Positions 19,549 to 30,701 of a stretch of 32,000 nucleotides of DNA are shown here, one piece after another. Made by a program: the position numbers and the translations under genes. The stretch covers positions 1,080,001 to 1,112,000 of the forward strand of contig NZ_AP024987.1 of assembly GCF_020885515.1 (NCBI RefSeq), read 5' to 3'. Under the pieces are notes generated by a model that did no database searches, was not told the DNA's origin, and saw only the letters and a program-made list of their open reading frames with translations. Every line of letters begins with the position of its first letter. Position 1 is the stretch's first letter. Source of the DNA: a cyanobacterium endosymbiont of Braarudosphaera bigelowii (lineage in GTDB: Bacteria; Cyanobacteriota; Cyanobacteriia; Cyanobacteriales; Microcystaceae).

Positions 19549-19920
19549 ATGAGTTTAAATATTGTTAATTTGGTCGGTCGTGTTGGAAGAGATCCAGAAG
19601 TTAAATACTTCGAATCCGGGACAGTCTTGTGTACATTAACACTGGCAGTTAGTCGTCGTTCTAGTAAAAGAGATGAAGCAGATTGGTTTAATTTAAAAAT
19701 TTGGGGTAAAACAGCAGAGATTGCTGCTAATTATGTTAGAAAAGGTAGTTTAATTGGAGTTCACGGATCATTAGAAATTGAGACCTGGAAAGATCGTAAT
19801 ACAGGTATTGATCGTTCTAGTCCAGTTATCAAGGTTGATCGTCTAGATCTATTAGGTTCTAAGCGTGATAATGACTCAAATTCAGATGGAGGTTATCAAA
19901 GAGAAAGCTATGAATTTTAA
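19549..19920 (+). CDS. ssb: Single-stranded DNA-binding protein
   Basis: 123 aa OB-fold protein: MSLNIVNLVGRVGRDPEVKYFESGTVLCTLTLAVSRRS...WFNLKIWGKTAEIAANYVRKGSLIGVHGSL. Confidence 0.92.
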   Translation: MSLNIVNLVGRVGRDPEVKYFESGTVLCTLTLAVSRRSSKRDEADWFNLKIWGKTAEIAANYVRKGSLIGVHGSLEIETWKDRNTGIDRSSPVIKVDRLDLLGSKRDNDSNSDGGYQRESYEF

Positions 19921-20343
19921 AAAGATCAAAATTATATTCTTAAGTACGTGAAAACTAATATCACTTAAAGATAGTTTATAGTAAGCTCTCTTCTAAGTAT
20001 AAGAAAGTTATTTTTTATATTTATCAATTTAGGGCTGTAAAGAATGTCTTTTTATAATTCTTAAATTTTTTAATTTATTTGTTTTTACTCTAAGTATTTT
20101 TCATATAGAAACACCACAATATATACTTCTTCACTTTATAAAGAAATATATATTATCTACAACACAAATCTTAACTTAAAGAGACTAGAATGCTTATTAT
20201 GATTAAGATAATACAAGATAATTTTTGTAACTTTAATCTTAATTAGATCTTTGAATCAGATTAATATAACTCGTTACATTACTGACTTATTTTGTCTTGT
20301 GTTCTATGAACTTAGTCTTTTGTGACAAAAGGAAACAACTTCT

Positions 20344-20832
20344 ATGAAACGGTTATTGTTCACATTAATTCTTATCACAACTCTGTGGTTTAATTTTACC
20401 CCTACTGCTTCAGCTTCTTATAATAATTTAACCCCTTGCAGCGATTCTGCTGCTTATCAGCAGAAGTCTAAGCATTTTCTAAATACTACTGATGATCAGC
20501 AGTCTGGACAGAAACGTGCTGAACGCTATGCTGAAGCCTTGTGTGGTCCAGAAGGTTATCCTCATCTAATAGTAGATGGTAATTTGACACACATTGGAGA
20601 CTTTGCTATTCCTGGTATCATGTTCCTTTATATAGCAGGTTGGATTGGCTGGGTTGGTCGTGCTTACTTAATTGCTATTAATGGTGATACAAGTAAAGAA
20701 ATTATTATTGATATTCCTCTAGCTATTGGACAAATGTTAATGGGTTTTGCTTGGCCAGTTTTAGCTTTTTATGAGTTTATTTCTGGAGAGTTAGTAGTGA
20801 AGGATAGTGAAATTACTATATCCCCACGATAA
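20344..20832 (+). CDS. psaF: Photosystem I reaction centre subunit III (PsaF)
   Basis: 162 aa with signal peptide (TASA) and [15 protein letters not shown]...[26 protein letters not shown]. Confidence 0.96.
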   Translation: MKRLLFTLILITTLWFNFTPTASASYNNLTPCSDSAAYQQKSKHFLNTTDDQQSGQKRAERYAEALCGPEGYPHLIVDGNLTHIGDFAIPGIMFLYIAGWIGWVGRAYLIAINGDTSKEIIIDIPLAIGQMLMGFAWPVLAFYEFISGELVVKDSEITISPR

Positions 20833-20884
20833 TTAAGTTTATCCTAGTATATTTATTGTTCATTAAATTATTGGAGAATTACTC

Positions 20885-21013
20885 ATGGAAAATTTGACAA
20901 AATTTCTGTCAACTGCACCTATTTTAATTATGGTGTTACTAACCTTTACTGCAGGTCTCTTAATTGAGTTCAATCGCTTTTTCCCTGATCTTCTTTTTCA
21001 TCCTTTAGGATAA
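20885..21013 (+). CDS. psaJ: Photosystem I subunit IX (PsaJ); not in supplied ORF track
   Basis: 42 aa ORF read by hand: [42 protein letters not shown]. Single TM helix, PsaJ motif, 52 nt after psaF. Confidence 0.95.
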   Translation: MENLTKFLSTAPILIMVLLTFTAGLLIEFNRFFPDLLFHPLG

Positions 21014-21042
21014 AAAATTGATTAGTTACAGTATTTAAGTGC

Positions 21043-21117
21043 AAGCCCAAAGCAAAGACGAGTCAATTATATTTTCATAAAACTGAAATATAATTGACTC
21101 GTCTTTGCTTTGGGCTT
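21043..21117. terminator. Very long perfect hairpin, candidate bidirectional terminator between psaFJ (+) and the CobW-family gene (-)
   Basis: Arms 21043-21074 (aagcccaaagcaaagacgagtcaattatattt) and 21086-21117 (aaatataattgactcgtctttgctttgggctt) are perfect 32 nt reverse complements with an 11 nt loop. Confidence 0.75.
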
Positions 21118-21292
21118 TAAATTTCAAAAAGCCAATCAACATTAATCTTGATAACATCTTAGCTGTTAATAACTTTTAAGTTAAGGTGAAAGATTACACT
21201 TATTCAATAAATACAAAACATTATCATAATCTATATTCCTTTAGCTTAAATTTCTTGCTATCAAAAAAACTTTCTTAGTTATAGGCTTTAAA

Positions 21293-22249
21293 CTAAGATT
21301 GGTTAGACAAACAATTAATAATTTGTTTATGTAATTTATCCTTATCAAGGTTTTGTCCAATTAAAACTAATTTATTGTTAAAGTATTTATTGAATTCTTC
21401 GTCTTCTATATTAAAACGTTTTCCAGTTAAATGAAAAATGTGACGTTTTTCACTTTCATCAAACCATAAAATACCTTTTCCTCTAAATACATTCTCAGGT
21501 AATTGGTTATTAAGAAAATATTGGAATTTTTCGATAGAAAATGGTTTGTTACTTTCAAAAGCAATTGAGGTGAATTCATCATTGGTTAAATGATGATGTG
21601 TATGGCTGTTATTGTTATGTTTAGAATATTTATCAGTATTAAATAACTCAGAGCTAAGTATTAGAGGTAAAGAAACTTGAGAATCTGTAGTTTTTAAAAT
21701 CCTAGCAAATTCTTTCATTTTATGAAGACGTTTTTCTAGTTCATCCACCTCTTTTTTACTAACTAAATCAGTTTTATTAAGTAAAATAATATCTCCATAA
21801 GTTATCTGACTATATGCAGCTTGAGAATTAAATAAATCAAGACAAAAATTGGAACAGTCTATCATTGTAATAATAGAATCAACTCGTGTTATATCCTTTA
21901 AGTCAGCACCTAAAAAAGATAATGCGATTGGTAAAGGATCTGCTAAACCAGTAGTTTCTATTATCAAATAGTTAATTTTTTTAGAATATTCTAAAATTTT
22001 ATGAATGGCTTGAATTAAATCATTATTAATAGAACAACAAATACAACCATTGTTAAGTTCAATAACATTGTCGTCAGTAGCGATAATTAATTCATTATCT
22101 ATCCCAATCTCCCCAAATTCATTAACTAAAACTCCAACATTTATGCCTTCTTGATTGAGAAGAATATGATTGAGAAGTGTTGTTTTACCACTACCTAGGA
22201 AACCAGTAATAATTGTTACAGGTAGAACTTTATCTTTTATGTTCATCAC
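21293..22249 (-). CDS. CobW/COG0523 family metallochaperone GTPase
   Basis: 318 aa; GFLGSGKTT Walker A, NNGCICCSI (CXCC), ETTGLADP, NKTD, and His-rich segment SHTHHH. Confidence 0.9.
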   Translation of the reverse strand: MMNIKDKVLPVTIITGFLGSGKTTLLNHILLNQEGINVGVLVNEFGEIGIDNELIIATDDNVIELNNGCICCSINNDLIQAIHKILEYSKKINYLIIETTGLADPLPIALSFLGADLKDITRVDSIITMIDCSNFCLDLFNSQAAYSQITYGDIILLNKTDLVSKKEVDELEKRLHKMKEFARILKTTDSQVSLPLILSSELFNTDKYSKHNNNSHTHHHLTNDEFTSIAFESNKPFSIEKFQYFLNNQLPENVFRGKGILWFDESEKRHIFHLTGKRFNIEDEEFNKYFNNKLVLIGQNLDKDKLHKQIINCLSNQS

Positions 22250-22382
22250 TTTTAATATTATTTAATTTTTGTTTCTTGATATTTGAAAAACTGAAATATA
22301 AAAGTTGGTACTAGATATTGATAAGAAAGAAGAGAAATTGCATGTTGATTTCGAAGATAAAGAACTTTAAATATCATTAATG

Positions 22383-22411
22383 TGCTTAGATTATCTGAAA
22401 TAATCTAAGCA
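22383..22411. terminator. Hairpin between the 103 aa ORF and the CobW-family gene
   Basis: Perfect 12 bp stem tgcttagattat (22383-22394) / ataatctaagca (22400-22411), 5 nt loop, followed on the plus strand by tgttttt. Confidence 0.5.
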
Positions 22412-22473
22412 TGTTTTTAAAACTTGCTCTATATGCGAAATAAATTACAAAGTACATTTTAAAATTACTTTTA

Positions 22474-22785
22474 TTAATCTTGATTAGAGTCTGGAGAACG
22501 CGGATGAATCTGTTCAGCATCAGGGCATTCATCAGATACAGCAATCTCAGAGTCATACCTTGAAACAGAAGCAATTTTTTGACTAATTGCTCCAATACTC
22601 TCCAATCTTACCATTTCTTCCCAAGAACTAATTTCATCATCTTCTTCAGTTTCGTACCGAATAATGACTAGATCTCCTTCTAAAGATAGAATAGTCGCAC
22701 CATCAATCCAACGTTGCTGATCCCGCAAGAACAGGCAAACTTCTCGACCTTCTGTACAAAGTTGATAAATCTTGCGGTGTAGCAT
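22474..22785 (-). CDS. Conserved cyanobacterial hypothetical protein (103 aa)
   Basis: MLHRKIYQLCTEGREVCLFLRDQQRWIDGATILSLEGDLVIIRYETEEDDEISSWEEMVRLESIG; composition and shape of a real small soluble protein. Family recognised as cyanobacterial, function unknown. Confidence 0.8.
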   Translation of the reverse strand: MLHRKIYQLCTEGREVCLFLRDQQRWIDGATILSLEGDLVIIRYETEEDDEISSWEEMVRLESIGAISQKIASVSRYDSEIAVSDECPDAEQIHPRSPDSNQD

Positions 22786-23026
22786 AGATGTCTCCTCAAC
22801 AGGTAACAGCCTTAATAAATTTACACTAACATTAAAAATAGTCTATGTGCTATGTCATATAAGCTATTTTTAAAATAATTAATAATTACAGCAATGGTTT
22901 TGAAAAGACTTTAAATAAGTCAATTTTGAAATGTGCTTATATTAATAAATATTATTAGTTCTAACACAAACTAGAGTTAACAATACTTGTGCTTAGTAAT
23001 TAATAATAATTACTAAGCACAAGTAG

Positions 23027-23257
23027 TTATTCTTCATCCCATGCATCAACAAGTAAAACTTCACTTACAGGATCTTGCATTGCAAAACCAAAATCTAATA
23101 ATTCTTTTTTCCAATAAGACCATTCATTCTCATAAAGAAGAGCTAATTTCCATATACTATCACTGGGCTTGAGAACTTTTGACTCTACCAGTGAAGAAAC
23201 TTTACGTTGAAACTTCATCATAGGATGAGTAACTTGTTTCGTCATAGACTCAATCAA
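23027..23257 (-). CDS. Small conserved cyanobacterial protein (possibly DUF4327 family)
   Basis: 76 aa; HPMMKFQRKVSSLVESKVLKPSDSIWKLALLYENEWSYWKKELLDFGFAMQDPVSEVLLVDAWDEE. DUF4327 assignment is tentative. Confidence 0.75.
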   Translation of the reverse strand: MIESMTKQVTHPMMKFQRKVSSLVESKVLKPSDSIWKLALLYENEWSYWKKELLDFGFAMQDPVSEVLLVDAWDEE

Positions 23258-23706
23258 TTTACGTTTACTAAATTGTACGAATTTTTTAAGATCAACTTCC
23301 TCTTTAATATTCCTATATATGATTAAAGCAATATACGTTTATCTAATACTTATATTTAGAGAAGTATTTCTACTACACTCTTTTTAACTGATATATTCAG
23401 TTTATGCAAGTCTTTTTAATTTATAGTACGGTAATTACTACTCTGGTACATAGATTTGAGACTATAACTAATTATTGGCTTAACTTAAAAATTTATAGAG
23501 ATTTCCAATAAAATATTTCAAAATATATGTTTATTATTTTTATTATTAGTGTGAATGATACAGGTTATTTGTTGAATTAAAACAAATAGTAGATTTTAGA
23601 GTTATTTTAAATGAATATCTAAATTTATTGCCTTTAAAACAATATTTCTCAAAGTAGTTAAAAAAAAGCTATTAATTAACCTAATTACTTTTATTCTACA
23701 AGTACT

Positions 23707-24453
23707 ATGGCATTAACGAAATCGATAGAATGGTTAGCATTAGTAATTGGTAATTCTCATCTTCACTGGGGATATTTTAAGAATGGATTTTTACACAGTT
23801 GTTGGGACACTCATTATTATAATGAGCCCATTAATAAATTAATGTTACCTTCTGAAGTTTTACTTGCTAATATTCCTAATACTTTACCACTTGTAGTGGC
23901 TTCTGTTGTACCAAAACAAACTACTATATGGAGAGAATACCACGGTGTTAATATCATAGAGTTAAATAATATTCCAATCAAGAACCTCTATTTAAATATT
24001 GGTATAGATAGAGCCTTAGCTGCTTTAGGAGCTGGAGTCACATATAGTTACCCATGTTTGGTAATTGATGCAGGTACTGCTTTAACTTTTACAGGAGTAG
24101 ACGAAAATTATACTTTCATAGGAGGGGCAATTTTACCGGGATTAAAATTACAGTTTGACTCATTATCAAGCAAAATTGAAACTTTGCCTAATGTTAATTT
24201 ACCTAAGAAATTACCATGTCAATGGTCAAAAAGCACTATGGGAGCGATCAAGAGTGGAATAATACATACAATTATTAGTGGTATGAAGATATTTATAGAT
24301 AATTGGTTAACAATTTATCCACAAAGTCATATTATTCTGACAGGAGGAGATTCAATTGCTTTATATAATTATTTTATTGAAAAAGATTCCAATAATTTCA
24401 GTAGACTAAAAGTAGATAGAAATCTTATATTTTGGGGGATTAAATCAATATAA
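23707..24453 (+). CDS. coaX: Type III pantothenate kinase
   Basis: 248 aa; VIGNSHLHWGYFKNG, NIGIDRALAALGAG, VIDAGTALTFTGVD, FIGGAILPGLKLQFDSL. Confidence 0.9.
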   Translation: MALTKSIEWLALVIGNSHLHWGYFKNGFLHSCWDTHYYNEPINKLMLPSEVLLANIPNTLPLVVASVVPKQTTIWREYHGVNIIELNNIPIKNLYLNIGIDRALAALGAGVTYSYPCLVIDAGTALTFTGVDENYTFIGGAILPGLKLQFDSLSSKIETLPNVNLPKKLPCQWSKSTMGAIKSGIIHTIISGMKIFIDNWLTIYPQSHIILTGGDSIALYNYFIEKDSNNFSRLKVDRNLIFWGIKSI

Positions 24454-24478
24454 TTTAAATTATTAAATAAAATTTTTA

Positions 24479-25603
24479 TTACTCAGAAGTATTTGGATCT
24501 AAGGCATCTCTTAAGCCATCTCCAAGTAAGTTAAAAGATAAAACTGTTAAAATAATTGCAAGAGCTGGAGGCCAAATTAACCAAGGTTGTAATACTAAGA
24601 TTGATGCATTAGTAGATACTGAGAGTAAATTTCCCCAACTAGCATCAGGTTGTTGGATCCCTAAACCAATTAAGCTTAAAACTGATTCTGATACAATAAA
24701 TTCAGGAACTGTTAGTGTAGCAGAAATAACAATATAAGTTGCTGTCTGCGGTAATATATGGTGAAGAATGATTCTTTTATTAGTTGCTCCCATGGCCTTA
24801 GCAGCTTGAACAAATTCCTGATCTTTAAAAGAAAGCACTTGCCCCCTGACGACTCTGGCAAGTCCTGACCATCCAATAAAAGAGGTAATTAGAATTATTA
24901 AAATAAATCGTTGTGTATTGCTTAAACTTGGAGGAATTATCGTAGCTAAAGCAACTAACAGATAGATCCCTGGAATCGTCATTAAAACTTCTACCAAGCG
25001 CATTAAAACTACATCAATCCATCCGCCAAAATACCCAGAAATACCTCCAAGAACTATACCTATCGGAAAAGATATCATAATTCCTAGTAAACCAATAAAT
25101 AAACTAACCCTTCCCCCAAATAATAATCGGCTAAACTGATCTCTTCCTTGTTCATCAGTTCCTAATAAGTTTAATTTTCCTGTACCCAGAGTTCCCATAA
25201 GATGGATATCTATTGGAATTCCAGAGAATAGTTCAACTTCTTCAAAAGAGGGAGGTAAGGGAATACGTATATTTAATAATTTATACCTACTTCCTTTTAC
25301 AAATAAACGTATAGGAGATGGATCATGAAAATTGATATTTAAGTTACGCTTTCCTGTCTCAATATTTGTAGGACTTTGACTAGCTGGATAAACATGAGGA
25401 CCAATATATCTACCTTTAAGTGGTCCATCCTGAATTGTCAAATAAATTGGTGTAGGAGGTAACAAAGAACCATCTAATTGAGATGAATAAGGATTATACG
25501 GAGCAACAAAATCTGCAGCAATAACAATTACATACAAGACAGTTAGTATAGCTATCCCAAGAAGTGCTAGATGATTATTTTTAAGTCTTTGCCATAGGTT
25601 CAT
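24479..25603 (-). CDS. Oligo/dipeptide-type ABC transporter permease (OppC/DppC family)
   Basis: 374 aa; LLGTDEQGRDQFSRLLFGGRVSLFIGL and EFVQAAKAMGATNKRIILHHILPQ (EAA loop); C-terminal LNLLGDGLRDALDP. Confidence 0.93.
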   Translation of the reverse strand: MNLWQRLKNNHLALLGIAILTVLYVIVIAADFVAPYNPYSSQLDGSLLPPTPIYLTIQDGPLKGRYIGPHVYPASQSPTNIETGKRNLNINFHDPSPIRLFVKGSRYKLLNIRIPLPPSFEEVELFSGIPIDIHLMGTLGTGKLNLLGTDEQGRDQFSRLLFGGRVSLFIGLLGIMISFPIGIVLGGISGYFGGWIDVVLMRLVEVLMTIPGIYLLVALATIIPPSLSNTQRFILIILITSFIGWSGLARVVRGQVLSFKDQEFVQAAKAMGATNKRIILHHILPQTATYIVISATLTVPEFIVSESVLSLIGLGIQQPDASWGNLLSVSTNASILVLQPWLIWPPALAIILTVLSFNLLGDGLRDALDPNTSE

Positions 25604-25897
25604 GATTTTAGCTTTATATTTTATTTATTAAAAGCCAGGTGATGTTTAAAAGATATGAACTGTATAGATAGTGGGCTAATCACTACATAAGTAATATTAT
25701 TTAATAATATACAATTAGAAGAATTTATTAAAACATTTTTTATAGTTCAGTTAACTCTTGCTTGTTAATTTAGTAGCTTGATAAGAAGTGTAATATTACT
25801 TATAAAACGACTTTAGCTTATAACAATTATTAATTAAAATTTAACAGTAGATAGAAAGAGAGAGAATAAATAAGGAATTTTATTCTCTCTCTTTCTA

Positions 25898-27076
25898 TTA
25901 TTTACCCATTCCTAATTGTTGAGCTTTTTGATAGACCTTTCCTTCTGTCAATAAAGAAGGTGCAATCACTACTTCTACTTTTTGCATTTCTTTTATATTT
26001 TGAGCTCCTAATGTACTCATACTAGTCTTTAATGCTCCTAATAAATTATGAGTTCCATCATCTAATTTAGCAGGCCCAATTAAAATTTCCTCTATAGTTC
26101 CTGTCGTAGCCACATTTATTCTTGTACCTCTAGGCAAGACAGGAGAGGGTGTTGCCATTCCCCAATGATATCCTTTACCAGGCGCTTCTATCGCACGGGC
26201 TATAGGAGAACCTATCATTACTGAATCAGCACCACAAGCTATGCACTTACAGATATCTCCTCCTGTAATAATTCCTCCGTCTGCAATGATAGGTGTATAT
26301 ATTCCTGTTTTCTTATAGTATTCATCACGTGCTGCAGCGCAATTAGCAATAGCTGTAGGTTGCGGAACACCTATTCCTAAAACACCTCTAGATGTGCAAG
26401 CAGCTCCTGGACCAATACCAACCAATACTCCTGCAGCCCCTGCTTCCATAAGCTCTAAGGCTACTTCATAAGTAACACAATTACCAAGAATAACTGGTAT
26501 CGGCATGTCCTTACAAAACTGTTGTAAATTGAGAGAAGTAAGAGATTCTGGCGTTAAATGATTAGTTGAAACTACTGTAGCTTGAACAAGTAATAAATCA
26601 GCTCCTGAGTTAGCCACAATTTCTCCATATTTAGAAGCTCCTAGAGGAGTTAAACTAACTGCAGCAATACTTCCGGTAGATTTAATATCTTCAATTCTTT
26701 TTTTTATTAGTTCAGGTTTGATTGGCTCTGCATAAAGCTTTTGCATTAATTCTACAAACTCTGATTTACCTACTGAAGTAATCTTTTCGAGAATTGGGGT
26801 AGGATCATCATAACGAGTTTGGATACCTTCTAGATTCAGAACGCCTACAGCCCCAAGATTTGAAAGTAGATTAGCCATCTTAGTATCTACTACCCCATCC
26901 ATAGCACTTGCAATAATAGGTATATCCCTTTTTATGTTTCCAATAGTCCAACTAGTGTCTATTAGAGCAGGATCCAAGGTGCGTGTGCCAGGTACGAGCG
27001 CAATTTCATTTATACCGTATGCTCGTTTAGCTTTTTTACCATAACCAATAATAATATCCACGTTTTTATATTCCAT
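25898..27076 (-). CDS. guaB3: GuaB3 family IMP dehydrogenase-related protein
   Basis: 392 aa; IIIGYGKKAKRAYGINEIALVPGTRTLDPALIDTSW, GPGAACTSRGVLGIGVPQ, and absence of an obvious CBS pair. Confidence 0.88.
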   Translation of the reverse strand: MEYKNVDIIIGYGKKAKRAYGINEIALVPGTRTLDPALIDTSWTIGNIKRDIPIIASAMDGVVDTKMANLLSNLGAVGVLNLEGIQTRYDDPTPILEKITSVGKSEFVELMQKLYAEPIKPELIKKRIEDIKSTGSIAAVSLTPLGASKYGEIVANSGADLLLVQATVVSTNHLTPESLTSLNLQQFCKDMPIPVILGNCVTYEVALELMEAGAAGVLVGIGPGAACTSRGVLGIGVPQPTAIANCAAARDEYYKKTGIYTPIIADGGIITGGDICKCIACGADSVMIGSPIARAIEAPGKGYHWGMATPSPVLPRGTRINVATTGTIEEILIGPAKLDDGTHNLLGALKTSMSTLGAQNIKEMQKVEVVIAPSLLTEGKVYQKAQQLGMGK

Positions 27077-27761
27077 TCCCTAAGTATTAAATTAGGCTAG
27101 CAAATTTTTAGAGTTTTCGGGTATAAAATTAAAAACTTCATTTTGATAAAATTAACTCAGTTCAATATATTAGAATCTAATAAGATATTACAATACAATA
27201 ATCATCTACGATTTGTCATATAGTTTTCTAACTATATGACAAATCATAAAAATAACTTTCTCAGTACACTATTTGATAAATAAAAAGAATTACTCAAAAT
27301 AGTTTCTTACTTCTGAATATGATTAAGTCAATATAAAGAAATGAAATTATCAATTACTAGTACAATATAACAATCTCTAATAATTTGAGAACTATAAATA
27401 ATACCAAGTCTTATAAACTTACTAAGTATAAAAATTAATATCGATATTGTGAAAATAACTTTCTAGCTGGGAGTTCACTTGTCATAATAAATAATCTCAT
27501 AACTCTTTGTTATTGAATATTTTTAATATTTTTACCTAATTCTTACTAAGATTGGTTTTAAAATCTGAAATTATTTTCAAAACCAGGGCAAAAAGAAAAT
27601 TAGTTTTATCAATAAAATGATTAATGCAAAAGGATGCAACTTCTCTACATTATCGAAGTGGAAAAAAATATTAATTTCTAATCTCTAATCGTATTAGCCA
27701 TACTGAAATTCTTATGATATGGCACAATCTAATTAAAAATAAATAATTATTAATATTTTAA

Positions 27762-30488
27762 ATGACTGCAAACATATTTGAATTATCAACCAAATACGAC
27801 CCTAAGTTAACAGAGGCTAAGTGGCAAAAAGCTTGGGAAATTCATCAAATATTCAAAGCCAACACAATAGAAAAAGAAAAAATTTTCTGTATGGTTATTC
27901 CTCCTCCAAATGTTACAGGTAGTCTTCATATGGGCCATGCATTTGAGGATTGCTTAATGGATGTATTGGTCCGTTATCATCGAATGAATGGAAAAAATAC
28001 GTTATGCCTTCCTGGAACTGATCATGCCAGCATTGCAGTTCATAGTATTCTGGATAAACAATTAAAAAAAGAAGAAAAAACTCGCTATGATATCGGACGC
28101 GAGAATTTTCTTGAGCGAGCTTGGGAATGGAAAAAATCATCAGGAGGCAAAATAGTAAGTCAATTAAAACAAGTTGGCTTATCTGCTGACTGGTCGAGAG
28201 AGCGTTTTACTCTAGACAAAGGATTATCAAAAGCAGTTAAAACTGCTTTTATAAAATTATATGAAGCAGGACTAATCTATAGAGGTAACTATCTAATTAA
28301 TTGGTGTCCTGCTTCTTTATCAGCAGTATCAGACTTAGAAGTAGAAAATAAAGAAGTTAAAGGAAATTTATGGTACTTTCGCTATCCTTTAAAAGATAGT
28401 AGCGGCTATCTAGACGTTGCGACTACTAGGCCTGAAACTATTTTAGGTGATACTGGAGTAGCCGTTCATCCTGATGATGAACGGTATCAAAACTTAATTG
28501 GAAAAACTTTAATATTGCCTATTGTAGGCCGAGAAATATTAATAGTCGCAGATGAATCAGTTGATTCAAAGTTTGGAACTGGGTCTGTAAAAATAACTCC
28601 TGCTCATGATCCTAATGACTTTGCAATAGGTAGTCGCCATAACTTACCTTTTATTAATATTCTTAATAAAGATGGCAGCCTAAACGAAAATGCAGGAGAA
28701 TTTCAGGGACAAGATCGCTACGAAGCTCGTAAAAATATTGTTACAAGATTAGAAAAAGATGGATTTTTAGTTAAAGTTGAAGATCATTATCATTCAGTTC
28801 CATATAGTGATCGTGGTAAAGTGCCTATTGAACCATTACTTTCTACACAGTGGTTTGTAAAAATTAAACCACTGTCTGAGAAAGCACTTAAATTTCTAGA
28901 CGAAGATAATTCACCCCGCTTTATTCCTGACAGATGGACAAAAGTTTATCGAGATTGGTTAGTAAATTTGAAAGATTGGTGTATTTCACGTCAGCTGTGG
29001 TGGGGACATCAAATACCAGCATGGTATGTAATTAGTCAAACTAATGGAACTATAACTGATGGGACGCCTTTTATTGTAGCTTATGATAAAGAGGAAGCTT
29101 TAAGAAAAGCGCATAAGGACTATGGAAGTGATGTCATATTGGAGCAGGATCCTGATGTTTTAGATACTTGGTTTTCATCAGGTTTATGGCCTTTCTCTAC
29201 GTTAGGTTGGCCAGAAAATACAGAAGACTTTGCTACTTACTACCCTACAAGTACCCTTGTTACTGGATTTGATATTATTTTCTTTTGGGTAGCAAGAATG
29301 ACTATGATGGCAGGATATTTTACAAACAAGATGCCTTTCAAAGATGTCTATATTCATGGACTGGTGAGAGATGAGAATGGTAAAAAAATGTCTAAATCTT
29401 CTAATAATGGAATAGATCCATTAATTCTAATAGACAAATATGGTACGGATGCACTTCGTTATACTTTAATCAAGGAAGTTGCGGGAGCTGGTCAAGATGT
29501 AACCCTGCAATATAATAGAGAAACTAATGAATCTGAATCTGTAGAAGCATCTAGGAACTTTGCAAATAAATTGTGGAATGCTGCGAGATTTGTAATAATT
29601 AATTTGCAAGAAGACATTCGAAATGATATCGGAACTCTTAATCCTGAATATTTGGATTTGGCTGACTATTGGATATTATCAAGATTTCAAAAAGTAACAG
29701 AACAAACTATTAACGATATAAATAATTACGGTCTAGGTGAGGCAGCTAAAGGATTATATGATTTTGTTTGGAGTGGCTTTTGTGACTCATATATCGAATT
29801 AGTAAAATCTCGATTATTAGAAAATTCAGATTCTTCTTTAGGTGCCCAGCAAACTTTGGCATATGTTTTGGACGGAATATTAAAATTACTTCATCCATTT
29901 ATGCCCCATATTACGGAGGAAATTTGGCAAACATTGACACAAAGGAATAAAGAGTTTATAGCTTTACAAGCATACCCCAAGCCTGATTTAAATTATGTAA
30001 ATAAAGATTTAGAAAATCTCTTTGATTTATTATTTGATGTGATTAAAACTATTCGTAATTTACGTGCTGAATTAGATATCAAACCTAAAACAAAAACCTT
30101 TGTTATATTACAGAGCGAAAGTAATACAACACAAGATACTTTGAGAATAGGTCAAAAATATATTCAAGATTTAGGGAAGACAAGTAATATAACTATTGTT
30201 TCTAAAGTAGAAGCAAAAACAGAGCAAGTATTTACTGGAGTAATAAGAAATATACAGGTTTTAATCCCATTATCAGGAGTAGTTGATATTGTCCTTCTTC
30301 GTCAAAAATTAGAAAAAAACTTAAATAAGATAGAAAACGAAGCCAATATCCTAACACAGCGCTTAGATAATTCTAAATTTATTCTAAAAGCTCCTAAGGA
30401 AGTAGTTCAAGGAGCAAGAGATGCCCTTGAAGAAGCCAAGCAACAGACCTTTATTTTACGAGAACGTCTTCAACACTTGCATGAGTAG
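27762..30488 (+). CDS. valS: Valine--tRNA ligase
   Basis: 908 aa; [21 protein letters not shown] (HIGH), [14 protein letters not shown] (KMSKS), [11 protein letters not shown]-terminal coiled coil. Confidence 0.98.
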   Translation: MTANIFELSTKYDPKLTEAKWQKAWEIHQIFKANTIEKEKIFCMVIPPPNVTGSLHMGHAFEDCLMDVLVRYHRMNGKNTLCLPGTDHASIAVHSILDKQLKKEEKTRYDIGRENFLERAWEWKKSSGGKIVSQLKQVGLSADWSRERFTLDKGLSKAVKTAFIKLYEAGLIYRGNYLINWCPASLSAVSDLEVENKEVKGNLWYFRYPLKDSSGYLDVATTRPETILGDTGVAVHPDDERYQNLIGKTLILPIVGREILIVADESVDSKFGTGSVKITPAHDPNDFAIGSRHNLPFINILNKDGSLNENAGEFQGQDRYEARKNIVTRLEKDGFLVKVEDHYHSVPYSDRGKVPIEPLLSTQWFVKIKPLSEKALKFLDEDNSPRFIPDRWTKVYRDWLVNLKDWCISRQLWWGHQIPAWYVISQTNGTITDGTPFIVAYDKEEALRKAHKDYGSDVILEQDPDVLDTWFSSGLWPFSTLGWPENTEDFATYYPTSTLVTGFDIIFFWVARMTMMAGYFTNKMPFKDVYIHGLVRDENGKKMSKSSNNGIDPLILIDKYGTDALRYTLIKEVAGAGQDVTLQYNRETNESESVEASRNFANKLWNAARFVIINLQEDIRNDIGTLNPEYLDLADYWILSRFQKVTEQTINDINNYGLGEAAKGLYDFVWSGFCDSYIELVKSRLLENSDSSLGAQQTLAYVLDGILKLLHPFMPHITEEIWQTLTQRNKEFIALQAYPKPDLNYVNKDLENLFDLLFDVIKTIRNLRAELDIKPKTKTFVILQSESNTTQDTLRIGQKYIQDLGKTSNITIVSKVEAKTEQVFTGVIRNIQVLIPLSGVVDIVLLRQKLEKNLNKIENEANILTQRLDNSKFILKAPKEVVQGARDALEEAKQQTFILRERLQHLHE

Positions 30489-30531
30489 TTTGTTATCAAT
30501 AATCAATTTATTGATTATTGATAACAAACTA
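30486..30531. terminator. Perfect 22 bp inverted repeat beginning in the valS stop codon
   Basis: tagtttgttatcaataatcaat (30486-30507), tt, attgattattgataacaaacta (30510-30531). The TAG at 30486-30488 is the valS stop. Confidence 0.65.
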
Positions 30532-30701
30532 TATATAAAATCTTACTTGTAAATTATTTTATCGATAAACTGATGTAATATTTTTTGATGCTAGATTAGA
30601 AAATAAAACAGAATGTAAAAATAATAATTACTATTTGACGTGATTCTAAAAAATATATTATGAATAGTAAATTCTAATACATCTATACAATAAAAGAGTT
30701 A

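Noticed and set aside
22386-22595. ORF 22386..22595(-)
   Set aside because: Overlaps the terminator-like hairpin and the better 103 aa ORF; basic/aromatic low-complexity protein.
27913-28140. ORF 27913..28140(-) inside valS
   Set aside because: Antisense to the HIGH-motif region of valS; no support.
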